NCBI GenBank assembly: GCA_963621535.1 | Contig: CAVFEQ010000005.1 | Location: 3,800 to 67,799 of the forward strand | Reading direction: 5' to 3' | DNA from: Paludibacteraceae bacterium | GTDB taxonomy: Bacteria; Bacillota_I; Bacilli_A; RFN20; CAG-826 | Length of the DNA stretch: 64,000 nt | Shown here: positions 36,721-46,006 of the stretch, piece by piece | Numbering within the stretch: position 1 is the first letter of the stretch | Layout: every line of letters begins with the position of its first letter | Program-made: the position numbers and the translations under genes | Notes under the pieces: model-generated | What the model saw: only the letters and a program-made list of their open reading frames with translations | Database searches by the model: none | Told to the model about the DNA's origin: nothing

Positions 36721-39003
36721 TTATGAGACGAGGCTTAGCTTCGTGTCATTGAAGTAAGCCCCGTTAACCCCGCCTTTGGCCGTGAAGTAGTCGCCAGAAG
36801 CGTTGTAAGTAAGAATAATGGAGGCGCCGCTGCTCTTTTCAGGCGTATTGGCGCAGTTATAGAACATTGTTTTAATGGTGTTCCCGTTTTCCACCGTGTA
36901 TTCGGTTTCCGCCTCGTAATACTTTCTCCCGCCGATATACTCAATCCAAGTCAAGGTGTTCCCTTCGCTAGAGAAAGCGACTTCATAGGTATTAGACCAA
37001 CTGGTATCGGAATCGGAGGAACTATATTGAGGAATCCCTTTGTAGGATTTCCCCATCCAAGGCATCGAGGCCTCTTCTTTTTTGTTCACGGTGAAGGACA
37101 TGGTTGTTTTATCGATACTCCCCGTCACGACCGCGTCGTTGCTATTGAGAGTGATGCTCACCCCGTCTTCAGCAACGCTGTAGCCGTAGGAGGCGCCATC
37201 ATAACTGGCGCCGCCCGAGCCATTAAGATATAGGCTTTTGCCCTCGCTGTCGAGATAAGTCCCGTACTCTTCGCCAAGAGCGGCGCGGTTTTTCGCCCCG
37301 CCCTCATCGAGATAGCCGACGCTAAGGAGCGTGGTCTCCCCTTCTTTGACACGGAAGATCGCCTTCTCTTCGTTAACGAACTCCCCTTCGAGCATCTCCA
37401 CCTCGACTCCGAAGTGGATGGTGTTCTTCGTATAGTCCCCTTTCGTGCGCTCAACGAGAACGTTCTCTATAGTGGAAGAGCCCTCATAGAAGCAAGCTAA
37501 GGCGTAGGTGACCTCGCCGAGCTTGAACTGGGTGGCTTTTAGGGAATATTCGCCATCTTCCTTCTCTTTCTTCAAAGACACGGTGAGGTAATTAGAGGAA
37601 TAAACCCCTCCTTCCAGAAAGGAATCGTAGACGAGGAGGTTTTTCGAATAGGCGATGCTAGGCAAGGAATAGCTCCCGGCTTTCTCTAGTTTGATGAGCC
37701 CAGTGCCTTCATTGTCCTCATAGGAGGAGAGCGAATAATCGGTATAAACGCTTGATTCGCTGCGCGCGTAAACCAAGTCGCCGCTCTCTAGGATCTTCAT
37801 GGACCCTTTCTCTTCGAAGGCGGAGTAATCGCTAGAAGGGCCATAGCTGAAATCGAGGTTAGCGTATTCCCCGATGAAGGGAGCGTCCTTATAGGCATGA
37901 AGGTCATATTCAGTGACCTTGATTGTGACCTTCTCGCTAGCCATAGGGTAGGTGAAGGCATATAAGCCGGTCTCTTCCTCGTAGCAGGAAGAGAGGTCTT
38001 TGCTCGTTTGGCTTCCGGTAGAGGAAGCGTAGGAGCAGACAATCGTCTTCACGCCATAATCCTCGCTTGAAGGAGTGGCTTTCAAATAGACGGTGCTATA
38101 AGGGATATAGGCGTCCTTGATCTGCTCTTTGCAGGCAGAATCAGCGAACAAAGACAGGCTAATATGGGCGGAATCCAAAAGCTCGAAGGCGATGGACTTA
38201 TAAGAATAAGAAAGGGAGACACTGGTGTCTTCCGCGCCCATAAAGAAGGAATAAGTCTCGCTGCCTTCCTTCAAGGAAGCGGCAACCCCATTCACCGACA
38301 CCCCCGTAAGCTCATAGTTCGCCACGGAGGCATTGAAGCTAAGCAACACTTCCGCGCCGAACTCGGCGGCTTTATAGGAAGAGGAAGAGGTCTCCCCTTC
38401 TTCATCCGCCTCGCTTTCCTCGGTAATGGTGTCTAAAGCGACATAGGCAGAAGAGCCGACTTTCTTTTGGGTCACGCTTTTAAGGAAGCCGCCAGCATCA
38501 TTGACGCTGAGCTTATAGGATTTCCTTTTCGTGGATACTTTGATGATGACCCCTCTTCTAGGCATCGAAAAGGAATAATCCCCATCGAAGCCCGCGAGAA
38601 GATCAAGCTCAGCGGTCCCCGCTTTCGCAGACACTTCTCCAAGAGAGAAGCCATTAAGCACAGTAACGGTGAAATGAACCTCGCTCCCCGCGGTGGCTTT
38701 TTCCGTTTTCAAGGTGACTTTCGCTCCTTCATCGCTTTCGGCGACGATGTCGTATTCCTTGACCGCGGGCTCTGAAGAATCATAGCTCTCCGAGCTGGAT
38801 TCTTCGGATACATCCGAGGAAACCGTAGCTTTGGAATCAGAGCTAGGGTCAACGATCGACTCGGCGGATTCCTCCGCGCTAGAAAAGGATTCCGGCGCTA
38901 AGCTAGATTCCGAGCCCGAAGATGGCCCTTCAGACGAAACGGTGCAGCCAGGCAAAGCAAGCAAGGCGGAAGCCACTAATATCACTAACGCATTCTTTTT
39001 CAT
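36721..39003 (-). CDS. large surface lipoprotein (gene 3 of the lipoprotein operon)
   Basis: 760 aa. Lipobox MKKNALVILVASALLALPGC followed by a Ser/Glu-rich linker. N-terminal divergent InlB-B-repeat-like modules (EYDIVAESDEGAKVTLKTEKATAGSEVHFTVTV...YSFSMPRRGV). Confidence 0.75.
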   Translation of the reverse strand: MKKNALVILVASALLALPGCTVSSEGPSSGSESSLAPESFSSAEESAESIVDPSSDSKATVSSDVSEESSSESYDSSEPAVKEYDIVAESDEGAKVTLKTEKATAGSEVHFTVTVLNGFSLGEVSAKAGTAELDLLAGFDGDYSFSMPRRGVIIKVSTKRKSYKLSVNDAGGFLKSVTQKKVGSSAYVALDTITEESEADEEGETSSSSYKAAEFGAEVLLSFNASVANYELTGVSVNGVAASLKEGSETYSFFMGAEDTSVSLSYSYKSIAFELLDSAHISLSLFADSACKEQIKDAYIPYSTVYLKATPSSEDYGVKTIVCSYASSTGSQTSKDLSSCYEEETGLYAFTYPMASEKVTIKVTEYDLHAYKDAPFIGEYANLDFSYGPSSDYSAFEEKGSMKILESGDLVYARSESSVYTDYSLSSYEDNEGTGLIKLEKAGSYSLPSIAYSKNLLVYDSFLEGGVYSSNYLTVSLKKEKEDGEYSLKATQFKLGEVTYALACFYEGSSTIENVLVERTKGDYTKNTIHFGVEVEMLEGEFVNEEKAIFRVKEGETTLLSVGYLDEGGAKNRAALGEEYGTYLDSEGKSLYLNGSGGASYDGASYGYSVAEDGVSITLNSNDAVVTGSIDKTTMSFTVNKKEEASMPWMGKSYKGIPQYSSSDSDTSWSNTYEVAFSSEGNTLTWIEYIGGRKYYEAETEYTVENGNTIKTMFYNCANTPEKSSGASIILTYNASGDYFTAKGGVNGAYFNDTKLSLVS

Positions 39004-39039
39004 TGATTCCTCTCTTTATTATCAAATTTCGATACCCCT

Positions 39040-39085
39040 AAAACAAACAAAGAACTAGCCCGAAGAAAAACTCGGGCTAGTTCTT
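39040..39085 (-). terminator. intrinsic terminator/attenuator hairpin inside the lipoprotein operon
   Basis: On the minus strand: AAGAACTAGCCCGAG-tttttct-TCGGGCTAGTTCTT followed by TGTTTGTTTT. The stem is about 14 bp. It lies in the 92-nt gap between genes 2 and 3. Confidence 0.7.
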
Positions 39086-39095
39086 ACGGATGAGA

Positions 39096-42000
39096 TTAAG
39101 CAACCGTGAATGTCACGTTGCGAATGTAAGCGGCATCGAGGGTGCCACTGGTTCCACTATCCTTCGTATAAAGGAAAGTGATAATGTCTCCTGCCGCGAC
39201 AGTGATTGGTTCGGCTGTGTGCCAGGTCAAATTGTCAAAAGACGTAACACCAGCATCACCCTCCGTAGATCCATTCACAACAACGGAAGTAGACGTCCCG
39301 CTTGTGTGGGTGATATAGAGATAATCATATCTGCAATTGCTTTCGCCGGAGAATGTCCACTCAAACGAGAAGGTCCCCGCTTTGGTGAAATGGTAGATTA
39401 AAGCAGATTTGCCGTAGCTAGAATCGCATTTTCCGCTTTGATACACACCGGCATGATCGCTCATCTCCGACCACCCTTTTGTATCGTCAACGCCAGTCGG
39501 GGTGCTCGTTCTATCGGAATAAGAACCGGTGCCGCTCGTTGTTGTGGTGTAATAATCCGGCAGATCCTCTTGGGCAACCGCGACGCTTACGGAAGTCTTC
39601 TCGGAAACGCCATTGATTTGGCAGTAGAAGAGATAATCTCCGGAGGCGAAGATGAGCGCATCGGAAGCCTCTGTCCCACTCAAGGTAACGATCGGGGTCG
39701 TGGTATCCGTGGAGCTATAGATCTTGACGGTCGTATTCTCATCAGGAAGAGTGAACGTGAACTTCTTCGAGACGGCGAAGGTTATCTTGCTCCAGTAGCC
39801 ATCAGAAGTGCCATCGACGCTCACGGAGGTAACGCCATCATTGATGGTGGCTCCGCTATCCGCCACATCGGCGCTGCTGCCAGTGGTCTTTTCCTTAATG
39901 CCGAATTTGATGGTATCCGCAGTCGATCCGACGGCAGGAACCTTCAGTTTCAGATAGTAGGTAGTGCCAGAGGTGAAAGCGTATTCAGCATAAGCGCTAT
40001 AGGGCACGCCTAAGGTTTCAGCGTGAGCGCTCTTGTCGTCGTCATTATTAACGATCGCAGTTAGCGCAGTCGAGCTTGTGGAGGAATCGTAAACGTCGCT
40101 AATGGCGCTGTCAGGACCATTTCCAGTAGCTGCCGAGTCTCCTTTGGTCGCCTGGAAGAACAATTTGAACGTGCCAGTCGAGGTGGCGGTGTATTTGAAG
40201 AAAAGCGTGCTGTAACTAGAAGCAGGCGCATAGCTTGTGAGGTCTGCTAGTCCGTCCGAACCCAAGTTAAGGGAATAGGCAGTGTCTGCGGTTTCCCCGG
40301 TTTCAACGGTATCAGCTCTAGAGAACTTGACCGTCTCGCTAGCGTCTTGGCCACTAACTTTGACGATATAAGAAACGCCGGAAGTGGTTTTGTATACGAT
40401 TTTGCCGTTCGAAGCGGTCTTGAGGCTCTTCCCCGTCGTGTCTAGAAGCGCGATAGTGGTCTTACTAGAGACGCTAGAGACATCGATGATGAGATAGTTA
40501 TCCGCGGTCGAAGCAATCCGGTAGAACTTGCCTTTGGTCGAGCCAACAAGCGTGGTATTCTCGCCAAGAGTCGGAGTGATGTCCTCCGGGAGGTTGATCG
40601 AATCGCCGACTGCGATTTTGACGATGGAGAAGGTGAAATCCTTCCAGCTTGTAATCTTGGTCTTGCTGTCATAATCCCCCCAACCAGAGGAACTGCCCGA
40701 GATGCTGCCATCGTAACCAACGAAAACGGTGTAGGTGCCTTCATTCAAAGTAACCTCGCTCGCGTCAAGGGTCTTGCCTTTGGAGGCGCTCTTCAAAGTG
40801 GCACCGCTCACGGGGTTGCCGCTTTCATCATAGATGATCACGGTCTGTCCATAAGAAGAATAGCCAGCGCCTGTGGTCACGCCATATAGCCCGTCTTCGC
40901 TCGCGGTGAAGGTGTAATAAGCACCTGCGAGATATTTGTCAGAGGAGGTGTAAATCTGGGTGACCGTCTTCGTTTCGCCTAGGGTATAGCTAAGCGCTTT
41001 GTCTTTGCTATAGCCTTCGGGAGTGTCTTCGATCGAGAAGGAGAAATACTTGTCCGCAGCAACATCAGAGGTGGCGTAGTTTGCCTTAATTTCAACGTAG
41101 TAAGTGTGGCCGGATTCAACATCAAAGCCGAAGGAAGAAGACCCGGTGCCGGAACTGGCGGCGATCTCCGTCGTCGGGGCAGAAGCGTCCACTACCACAA
41201 TGTTGGTGAAGTTATAAGCCTTGTCGTCCTTTTTGAAGATGACCGTCTCGCTGGTTTCAGCGACGTACTTATAAAGGAGCGGTTGCGATGAGCTGATGAA
41301 ATTCGGGGTCACAGAGACGCCTTTGCTCATCGCTATGGCTTCTGAAGCGGAGTCATTGGCGAAGGTGAAGAACTTCATCGCGATCGTGCCATAGTTGTAC
41401 TGTTTTAGATTGCTGTAATAGGCACGGGTCATAGAGGCTTTGATGTAATAGGTCTCGCCAGGGGCGGCATAGATGCGGACGGAGCCAGAATCGCTCGCGC
41501 CGTATTGGACGATCTTGCCGCTCTTCACCGTCCAAGAAGATTCCGTGGAAAGGGGGTTCTCGGTGTCGGAAACGCCATAAACGGTGATGGCGCCATCAAC
41601 GCTAGAGGTGCAGCTTGAGGTAGTACTGTCTTTGACGGAATTATCTTCGTCGACGGAGAAGTAATACCAATCGCTCCCACTTGCAGTCTCAGGAACCGTG
41701 AACTTGATGTATTCGAATTCCTTGCCGGGATAAAGCGAGGCGGAGAAGCTGCCAGCGGAGCTTGGGCTCATTTCCAAGGGGTTAGCAAAGCTATAGCCCG
41801 CGCCGGGCTCGCCATAAACGGCATAAAGATCGAGGTCGGTTGTGACAAGCGAATTGAAATCGAAAGCGTTCGCCCCCGCTTCATCCGTATACCAGCCCTT
41901 GAATTCTTTCTCGGCGAGGTAAGGATTGCCGGGATCAGCGACGGTGCGGTTATTTCTCGCCCTGACCTCGACATCGCCAGTGACATCCCCGAGTTTGCCC

Positions 42001-43190
42001 GATCCATAATGGAAGGTGACGGTGCTATAGGTTGTGTCGGCGCAGACGACATCAAGATAATAGAAGCCGCTGGAGGCGTTGTCTTCGCTCTTCATCGCTT
42101 CCCATTCCGCTTCCGTTCCTTCAAAGACGATCGATTCGGGTTCGCTGCTTGAAGAGAAGAATTTATTCGGAATGGATTTGACGTTTTTGGAAATGACGAT
42201 GTTCGTCGCGCAGAAACCGGTGTCATTGGCATTGACCAAATTCGGGGTTTCATAGATGAGCTTGCTGACCTTATAGGAGCCTTTGAAAGCCCCTGAGGCA
42301 ATCGAGACCAGGCTCGAAGGGACGTTCATCTCGGCGACAGCCACATAATTGAAAGCATATGCTTTGATGGTCGTGATGGTGTTAGGCAAAGTCAGTTTGT
42401 TGATGGTTCTGCTAAAAGCCTTCGCCTCGATCGTTGTTATCGTGCCGACTTTTACGGCGTAGCAATCGCTCACCGAATAATAAGTGGAAGGGACGTAAAG
42501 ATCATCACCGTTGTTATAAGAGGCGGTCAAAGAATAGTCGGAATCGGTATCGCTGATCGGCGTGGCAGTGAACCTGCTGTCCCAACCGGCAACGCCGTTA
42601 GCGTTAACGATGAATTCTTTGGAGTCCTCCGCTAAGGAAGTGGCGGAGAATTTCACGATGATCGTGTCGTAATAATGGGCAACGGGGACGTTGCGGAGAG
42701 TGTAGATGATGTAGTACTTCTTCGTGAAGCTCTCTTCAATCGTGCCGTTCCAGCCGATGCTGCTTGTATCGGATAAAGAGGAATAGACCTCGGTGACGTT
42801 GAAGGTTTTCTCCTCTTTGATGACCGCTTCCTCTTCGCCCGCCGTATTTTTGTCGGTGCGGCTAGAGACGACTTTCGAGGTGACGCTTGCGCTGGTCAAG
42901 TTCTTGTAATCGTCCACCACCGCGATGATGCGCACAGACATCGTCGAGGCGGTCTTGTCGAGGATCTCGTAGCCAAAAGCGCTCGAGACATTGACCTGGG
43001 CGGTCGGGGTAACGGCGCTATGGAGAGAGACTTTCGTCCCGACTTCATCCGCGGTCTCCACCGCATCATCGATGACGCTGGTATCCGGAATCTCATCCTT
43101 GTCGGAGACATCCGGAGTCAAATTGCAGCCCGTGAGGACCATGCCCGCGACGGCCGCAAGAGAGAGAATCAGTATATTTTGCTTTTTCAT
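39096..43190 (-). CDS. giant surface lipoprotein (gene 2): BspA-type LRR, Listeria-Bacteroides repeat, about six PPC-like modules, C-terminal jelly-roll-like domain
   Basis: 1364 aa from the ATG at 43190, which has an AAGGAGG SD. Lipobox MKKQNILILSLAAVAGMVLTGC. LRR segment TITTIEAKAFSRTINKLTLPNTITTIKAYAFNY...SLVSIASGAFKG. Flg_new-like segment VTFHYGSGKL...EFKGWYTDEAGANAFDFNSLVTTDLDLYAVY. Repeated pairs such as DWYYFSV with GETYYIKAS. Confidence 0.8.
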   Translation of the reverse strand: MKKQNILILSLAAVAGMVLTGCNLTPDVSDKDEIPDTSVIDDAVETADEVGTKVSLHSAVTPTAQVNVSSAFGYEILDKTASTMSVRIIAVVDDYKNLTSASVTSKVVSSRTDKNTAGEEEAVIKEEKTFNVTEVYSSLSDTSSIGWNGTIEESFTKKYYIIYTLRNVPVAHYYDTIIVKFSATSLAEDSKEFIVNANGVAGWDSRFTATPISDTDSDYSLTASYNNGDDLYVPSTYYSVSDCYAVKVGTITTIEAKAFSRTINKLTLPNTITTIKAYAFNYVAVAEMNVPSSLVSIASGAFKGSYKVSKLIYETPNLVNANDTGFCATNIVISKNVKSIPNKFFSSSSEPESIVFEGTEAEWEAMKSEDNASSGFYYLDVVCADTTYSTVTFHYGSGKLGDVTGDVEVRARNNRTVADPGNPYLAEKEFKGWYTDEAGANAFDFNSLVTTDLDLYAVYGEPGAGYSFANPLEMSPSSAGSFSASLYPGKEFEYIKFTVPETASGSDWYYFSVDEDNSVKDSTTSSCTSSVDGAITVYGVSDTENPLSTESSWTVKSGKIVQYGASDSGSVRIYAAPGETYYIKASMTRAYYSNLKQYNYGTIAMKFFTFANDSASEAIAMSKGVSVTPNFISSSQPLLYKYVAETSETVIFKKDDKAYNFTNIVVVDASAPTTEIAASSGTGSSSFGFDVESGHTYYVEIKANYATSDVAADKYFSFSIEDTPEGYSKDKALSYTLGETKTVTQIYTSSDKYLAGAYYTFTASEDGLYGVTTGAGYSSYGQTVIIYDESGNPVSGATLKSASKGKTLDASEVTLNEGTYTVFVGYDGSISGSSSGWGDYDSKTKITSWKDFTFSIVKIAVGDSINLPEDITPTLGENTTLVGSTKGKFYRIASTADNYLIIDVSSVSSKTTIALLDTTGKSLKTASNGKIVYKTTSGVSYIVKVSGQDASETVKFSRADTVETGETADTAYSLNLGSDGLADLTSYAPASSYSTLFFKYTATSTGTFKLFFQATKGDSAATGNGPDSAISDVYDSSTSSTALTAIVNNDDDKSAHAETLGVPYSAYAEYAFTSGTTYYLKLKVPAVGSTADTIKFGIKEKTTGSSADVADSGATINDGVTSVSVDGTSDGYWSKITFAVSKKFTFTLPDENTTVKIYSSTDTTTPIVTLSGTEASDALIFASGDYLFYCQINGVSEKTSVSVAVAQEDLPDYYTTTTSGTGSYSDRTSTPTGVDDTKGWSEMSDHAGVYQSGKCDSSYGKSALIYHFTKAGTFSFEWTFSGESNCRYDYLYITHTSGTSTSVVVNGSTEGDAGVTSFDNLTWHTAEPITVAAGDIITFLYTKDSGTSGTLDAAYIRNVTFTVA

Positions 43191-43204
43191 TGTCCTTGCC
43201 TCCT

Positions 43205-45472
43205 TTATTCGCCCCAATTGTCGTCGATGCCGGAATCTCCTCCGGCTTCGCCTTCATGGCTCACGTCGTAGCCATGCACGGAAACAGGGGACTCGCTCGC
43301 CTCTTCGATGGCGATGGCAACGGCCTTGCTCGCGTCGTCTTCGCCGAAGCTGACCCCGAAGCTCACCGTGTTGCTAACGTAATCGGAAGTGATGTACATG
43401 GCGTTGATTTTTCCAAGCAAGCCTAAGCAAGAAGCAAAGCTGGCGATCGGGGAATCTTTGCCGAGGTCTTCGTTTGCGAAATCAACCGCATAAACGTCAA
43501 CGTGGTTTTCGCCGTCGGTCTCTACCCATTTGAGGTTAGGATCGGATAAGATGGCGTCCCAGGAGAAATAATCATCGAGCGAGAGATCCGCCCCGTCCTT
43601 GGTGTTGTAGGCGTATTCTTCTTCGACCGAGTCATAAGAGAAGGGATAAACCTTGTCATCGACGCCCACCATGCCGGATTTATCGTTTTCACAATAAACC
43701 ATGGTGTCGGCGATATAGGTGCCAGAATAAGAGTCGTTCACGGTCTGTTTCGGCGCTACGCCATAAGCGGAGGTCAGAGACTTCACGCCATCGTTAACCT
43801 CTACGTTGATGACGCCGAAGAGCATTTGTTTACCGCCTTTGATCTCGGCGACATAGGACTTACCCTCTTCAAGCTCGACGTCAAAGCAGAAGTCGTACTT
43901 ATATAGGCAGTACCCATCGGCGTCTCCGCCTTTTGCAAAATCATCATTGGAGGTATCGCCGTTAACATCCGTCATGCCCGTCTCGCTGACCTGACCGTCT
44001 TCATCGACTTCATATAGACCCCAAATTTTAGCGTCGAAGCTATCGGAGTTATTTGAGAAGATGGAATAGGTCCCCGCTTTAGAAACGGTGAATTTGATGT
44101 AGCGTTTTTCGCTGGTGGTAGTCCCCATATCTTCGGCACTGAGGCTCATCACGGGGATATCAGCAGTCGGCGCGGTGCCGCTATAGGTAGAGGTGACTTT
44201 GCTATCTGTTTTGAACGTAAAAGCAGTGTCTTTGGTTTTGCCGTCATTGATCACGTCAACTTCATAAGTACGGGTGAGGCTAGCCTTATAAGAAGAAGGC
44301 AGGTTCGTCACTTCATCGGCTTTGATAACAGGATCGGTGACCTTGATCACGACGCTGTCAGATTTCGTCCCGCAGGTAGCGGTGATCGTGGCTTCGCCTT
44401 GTTTGACCCCGGTCACGACGCCATCATCGCCGACGGTCGCGATATTTTCATCGCTCGAAGACCAGGTGATATCCTTGAAAGTCACATCATCTGGGGAAAC
44501 GCTCGCGCTGAGTGTGATGCTGCGATGCAAAGGAAGATCACCGACGTCAGACTTGTTCTCAATGGTGACTCCATCGGCTTCAACGTTAGAGACGGTGACA
44601 TCCAAAGTGGCGTCAACCCCGCCGAAGCTAACCTTTACCTTCACTGTCCCAGCCTTAACGCCAACAAGGGTGGCGCTCGCGCCGTTCCCGGTTAAAGTTG
44701 CAAGTTCAGAATTGTCGATCGACCAAACGTAATCGCTGCCCACGATATTCGAGGATTTCGCTTCCAAAGCGATTTCTTTTCCCACGTAGACTGTCTTTGG
44801 GCCTTCGATGACAAGCCCCTGCTCAGGGACGGTGATGGACAGGCTGCTCTCCACGCCGCCGTAAGCCACTTTGATGGTCGCCGAGCCCGCTTTAAGCCCG
44901 GTGACGGTCGCGTTCGCGCCGTCTCCGGCAACGGAAGCGACGGTTTCGTCGGAAGAGGTCCAGACGAAGGTGGAGCCTTCAACCTTGATGTTAGCTGCCT
45001 TCGCCTCAAGGGCGATGCTCGCCCCGATAAGAACGGTGGTATCCCCATCGATGATCAGACTTTGTTCAGGAACGGTGACCGCAAAAAAGGCGCTCTTGCC
45101 GGCTGCGCTAGCAACGATGTTCGCGCTGCCCGCTTTCAAGGCGGTAATCGTCACTTTGATGATCAATGATCCGTCGGGATCGCTGATCTGGTCATCGCAG
45201 CTAACCCTAGCGACATCAGGATCGCTAGAAACGATGCTGACCTCGCTAGCAAGCGCGCCGCTGATTTTTGCTTCAATGTCTAAGCTTTCCCCGACGAGAA
45301 TCGAGCCGGAGGTCTTGCCAGTGGAATCTGCAAGCTGGACGGAGGTGATGACCTCTACGCTGCTAGAAGTGGAATCAGAGGTTTCTGAGGAATCCTCCTG
45401 CGGATTGTTGCCGCCGCAGCCCACTAAAAGCAGGGAGAGAGCCAAAGGAATAAGGATTTTTGTTTTTTTCAT
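43205..45472 (-). CDS. surface lipoprotein (gene 1): four Big_2-like Ig domains plus a PPC-like module
   Basis: 755 aa. Lipobox MKKTKILIPLALSLLLVGC. Four repeats of the type ...FVWTSSDETVASVAGDGANATVTGLKAGSATIKVAYGG.... Later segments KRYIKFTVSKAGTYSIFS and GKSYVAEIKGG. Confidence 0.8.
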   Translation of the reverse strand: MKKTKILIPLALSLLLVGCGGNNPQEDSSETSDSTSSSVEVITSVQLADSTGKTSGSILVGESLDIEAKISGALASEVSIVSSDPDVARVSCDDQISDPDGSLIIKVTITALKAGSANIVASAAGKSAFFAVTVPEQSLIIDGDTTVLIGASIALEAKAANIKVEGSTFVWTSSDETVASVAGDGANATVTGLKAGSATIKVAYGGVESSLSITVPEQGLVIEGPKTVYVGKEIALEAKSSNIVGSDYVWSIDNSELATLTGNGASATLVGVKAGTVKVKVSFGGVDATLDVTVSNVEADGVTIENKSDVGDLPLHRSITLSASVSPDDVTFKDITWSSSDENIATVGDDGVVTGVKQGEATITATCGTKSDSVVIKVTDPVIKADEVTNLPSSYKASLTRTYEVDVINDGKTKDTAFTFKTDSKVTSTYSGTAPTADIPVMSLSAEDMGTTTSEKRYIKFTVSKAGTYSIFSNNSDSFDAKIWGLYEVDEDGQVSETGMTDVNGDTSNDDFAKGGDADGYCLYKYDFCFDVELEEGKSYVAEIKGGKQMLFGVINVEVNDGVKSLTSAYGVAPKQTVNDSYSGTYIADTMVYCENDKSGMVGVDDKVYPFSYDSVEEEYAYNTKDGADLSLDDYFSWDAILSDPNLKWVETDGENHVDVYAVDFANEDLGKDSPIASFASCLGLLGKINAMYITSDYVSNTVSFGVSFGEDDASKAVAIAIEEASESPVSVHGYDVSHEGEAGGDSGIDDNWGE

Positions 45473-45939
45473 TGTTTGTCTTAATCTCTAAAGCCTTTCA
45501 AAGGGAGAGTATCAAGGCGCTCGAAAAATAATCAATAGGTTTTTTCAACGAAAATAAACACGGTAACGGGGTTTTAAGCAGGCAGGGATTCAACGCCCCG
45601 TCTTATAGGCTTCCGGCCGAGCAAAACCCCTTATTCGACCAGCCAGGAAAGCAAGTTGTATTCGCTTGAAAGATAGACGTTACACGTTTGAGCTCCAATT
45701 TTAGGCGTGGGAGCCAAGCCGATTACAGGTATAAAAGGGCAGGGATTTAAGACCCCATCCCTCTTTTATGTCAAATGTTCTCAATGATTACCCAATAATT
45801 GGACATTTCATGAGAATTATTACTTCAGTATCAGGGACAGCCTTCAGCCTTATTAAGAGGCGACGGCCACGGCTACTGATGCGGCTGACTTTTCATATAA
45901 AAATTGCTCGACGTAGAGAAATCCGATTGCTTTCGCGAC

Positions 45940-45976
45940 GTTATCGGTTAGTTTATTTGTTTCTTTTTGTATAATG
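45940..45976 (+). promoter_or_regulatory. candidate promoter of the deacetylase gene
   Basis: Perfect TATAAT at 45970-45975 with TG immediately 5' of it. A TTAGTT-like -35 element lies about 17 nt upstream, and the ATG at 46007 lies 32 nt downstream. The surrounding sequence is AT-rich. Confidence 0.45.
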
Positions 45977-46006
45977 TAACCAAAATATTCCGACCGGAGC
46001 GGTATT

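Noticed and set aside
43205-45472. Diversity-generating retroelement or cassette-type variation among the repeated Big_2 modules.
   Set aside because: There is no reverse transcriptase, no template/variable repeat pair with adenine-specific differences, and no recombinase in the window. The Ig repeats are ordinary diverged tandem domains.
45690-45725. Possible att-type direct repeat of the tRNA-Arg 3' end (AGGCGTGGGAGCC versus TGGCGCCCTGGGAGGG) that would delimit the deacetylase islet.
   Set aside because: The similarity is short and gapped. It is not convincing as an integration scar, and no integrase is present.
45768-45974. 68-aa plus-strand ORF upstream of the deacetylase gene.
   Set aside because: It lies in AT-rich promoter-like DNA with no SD. 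The translation is basic and low-complexity (RRRPRLLMRL...RRREIRLLSRRYR), and it overlaps the predicted promoter of the next gene.
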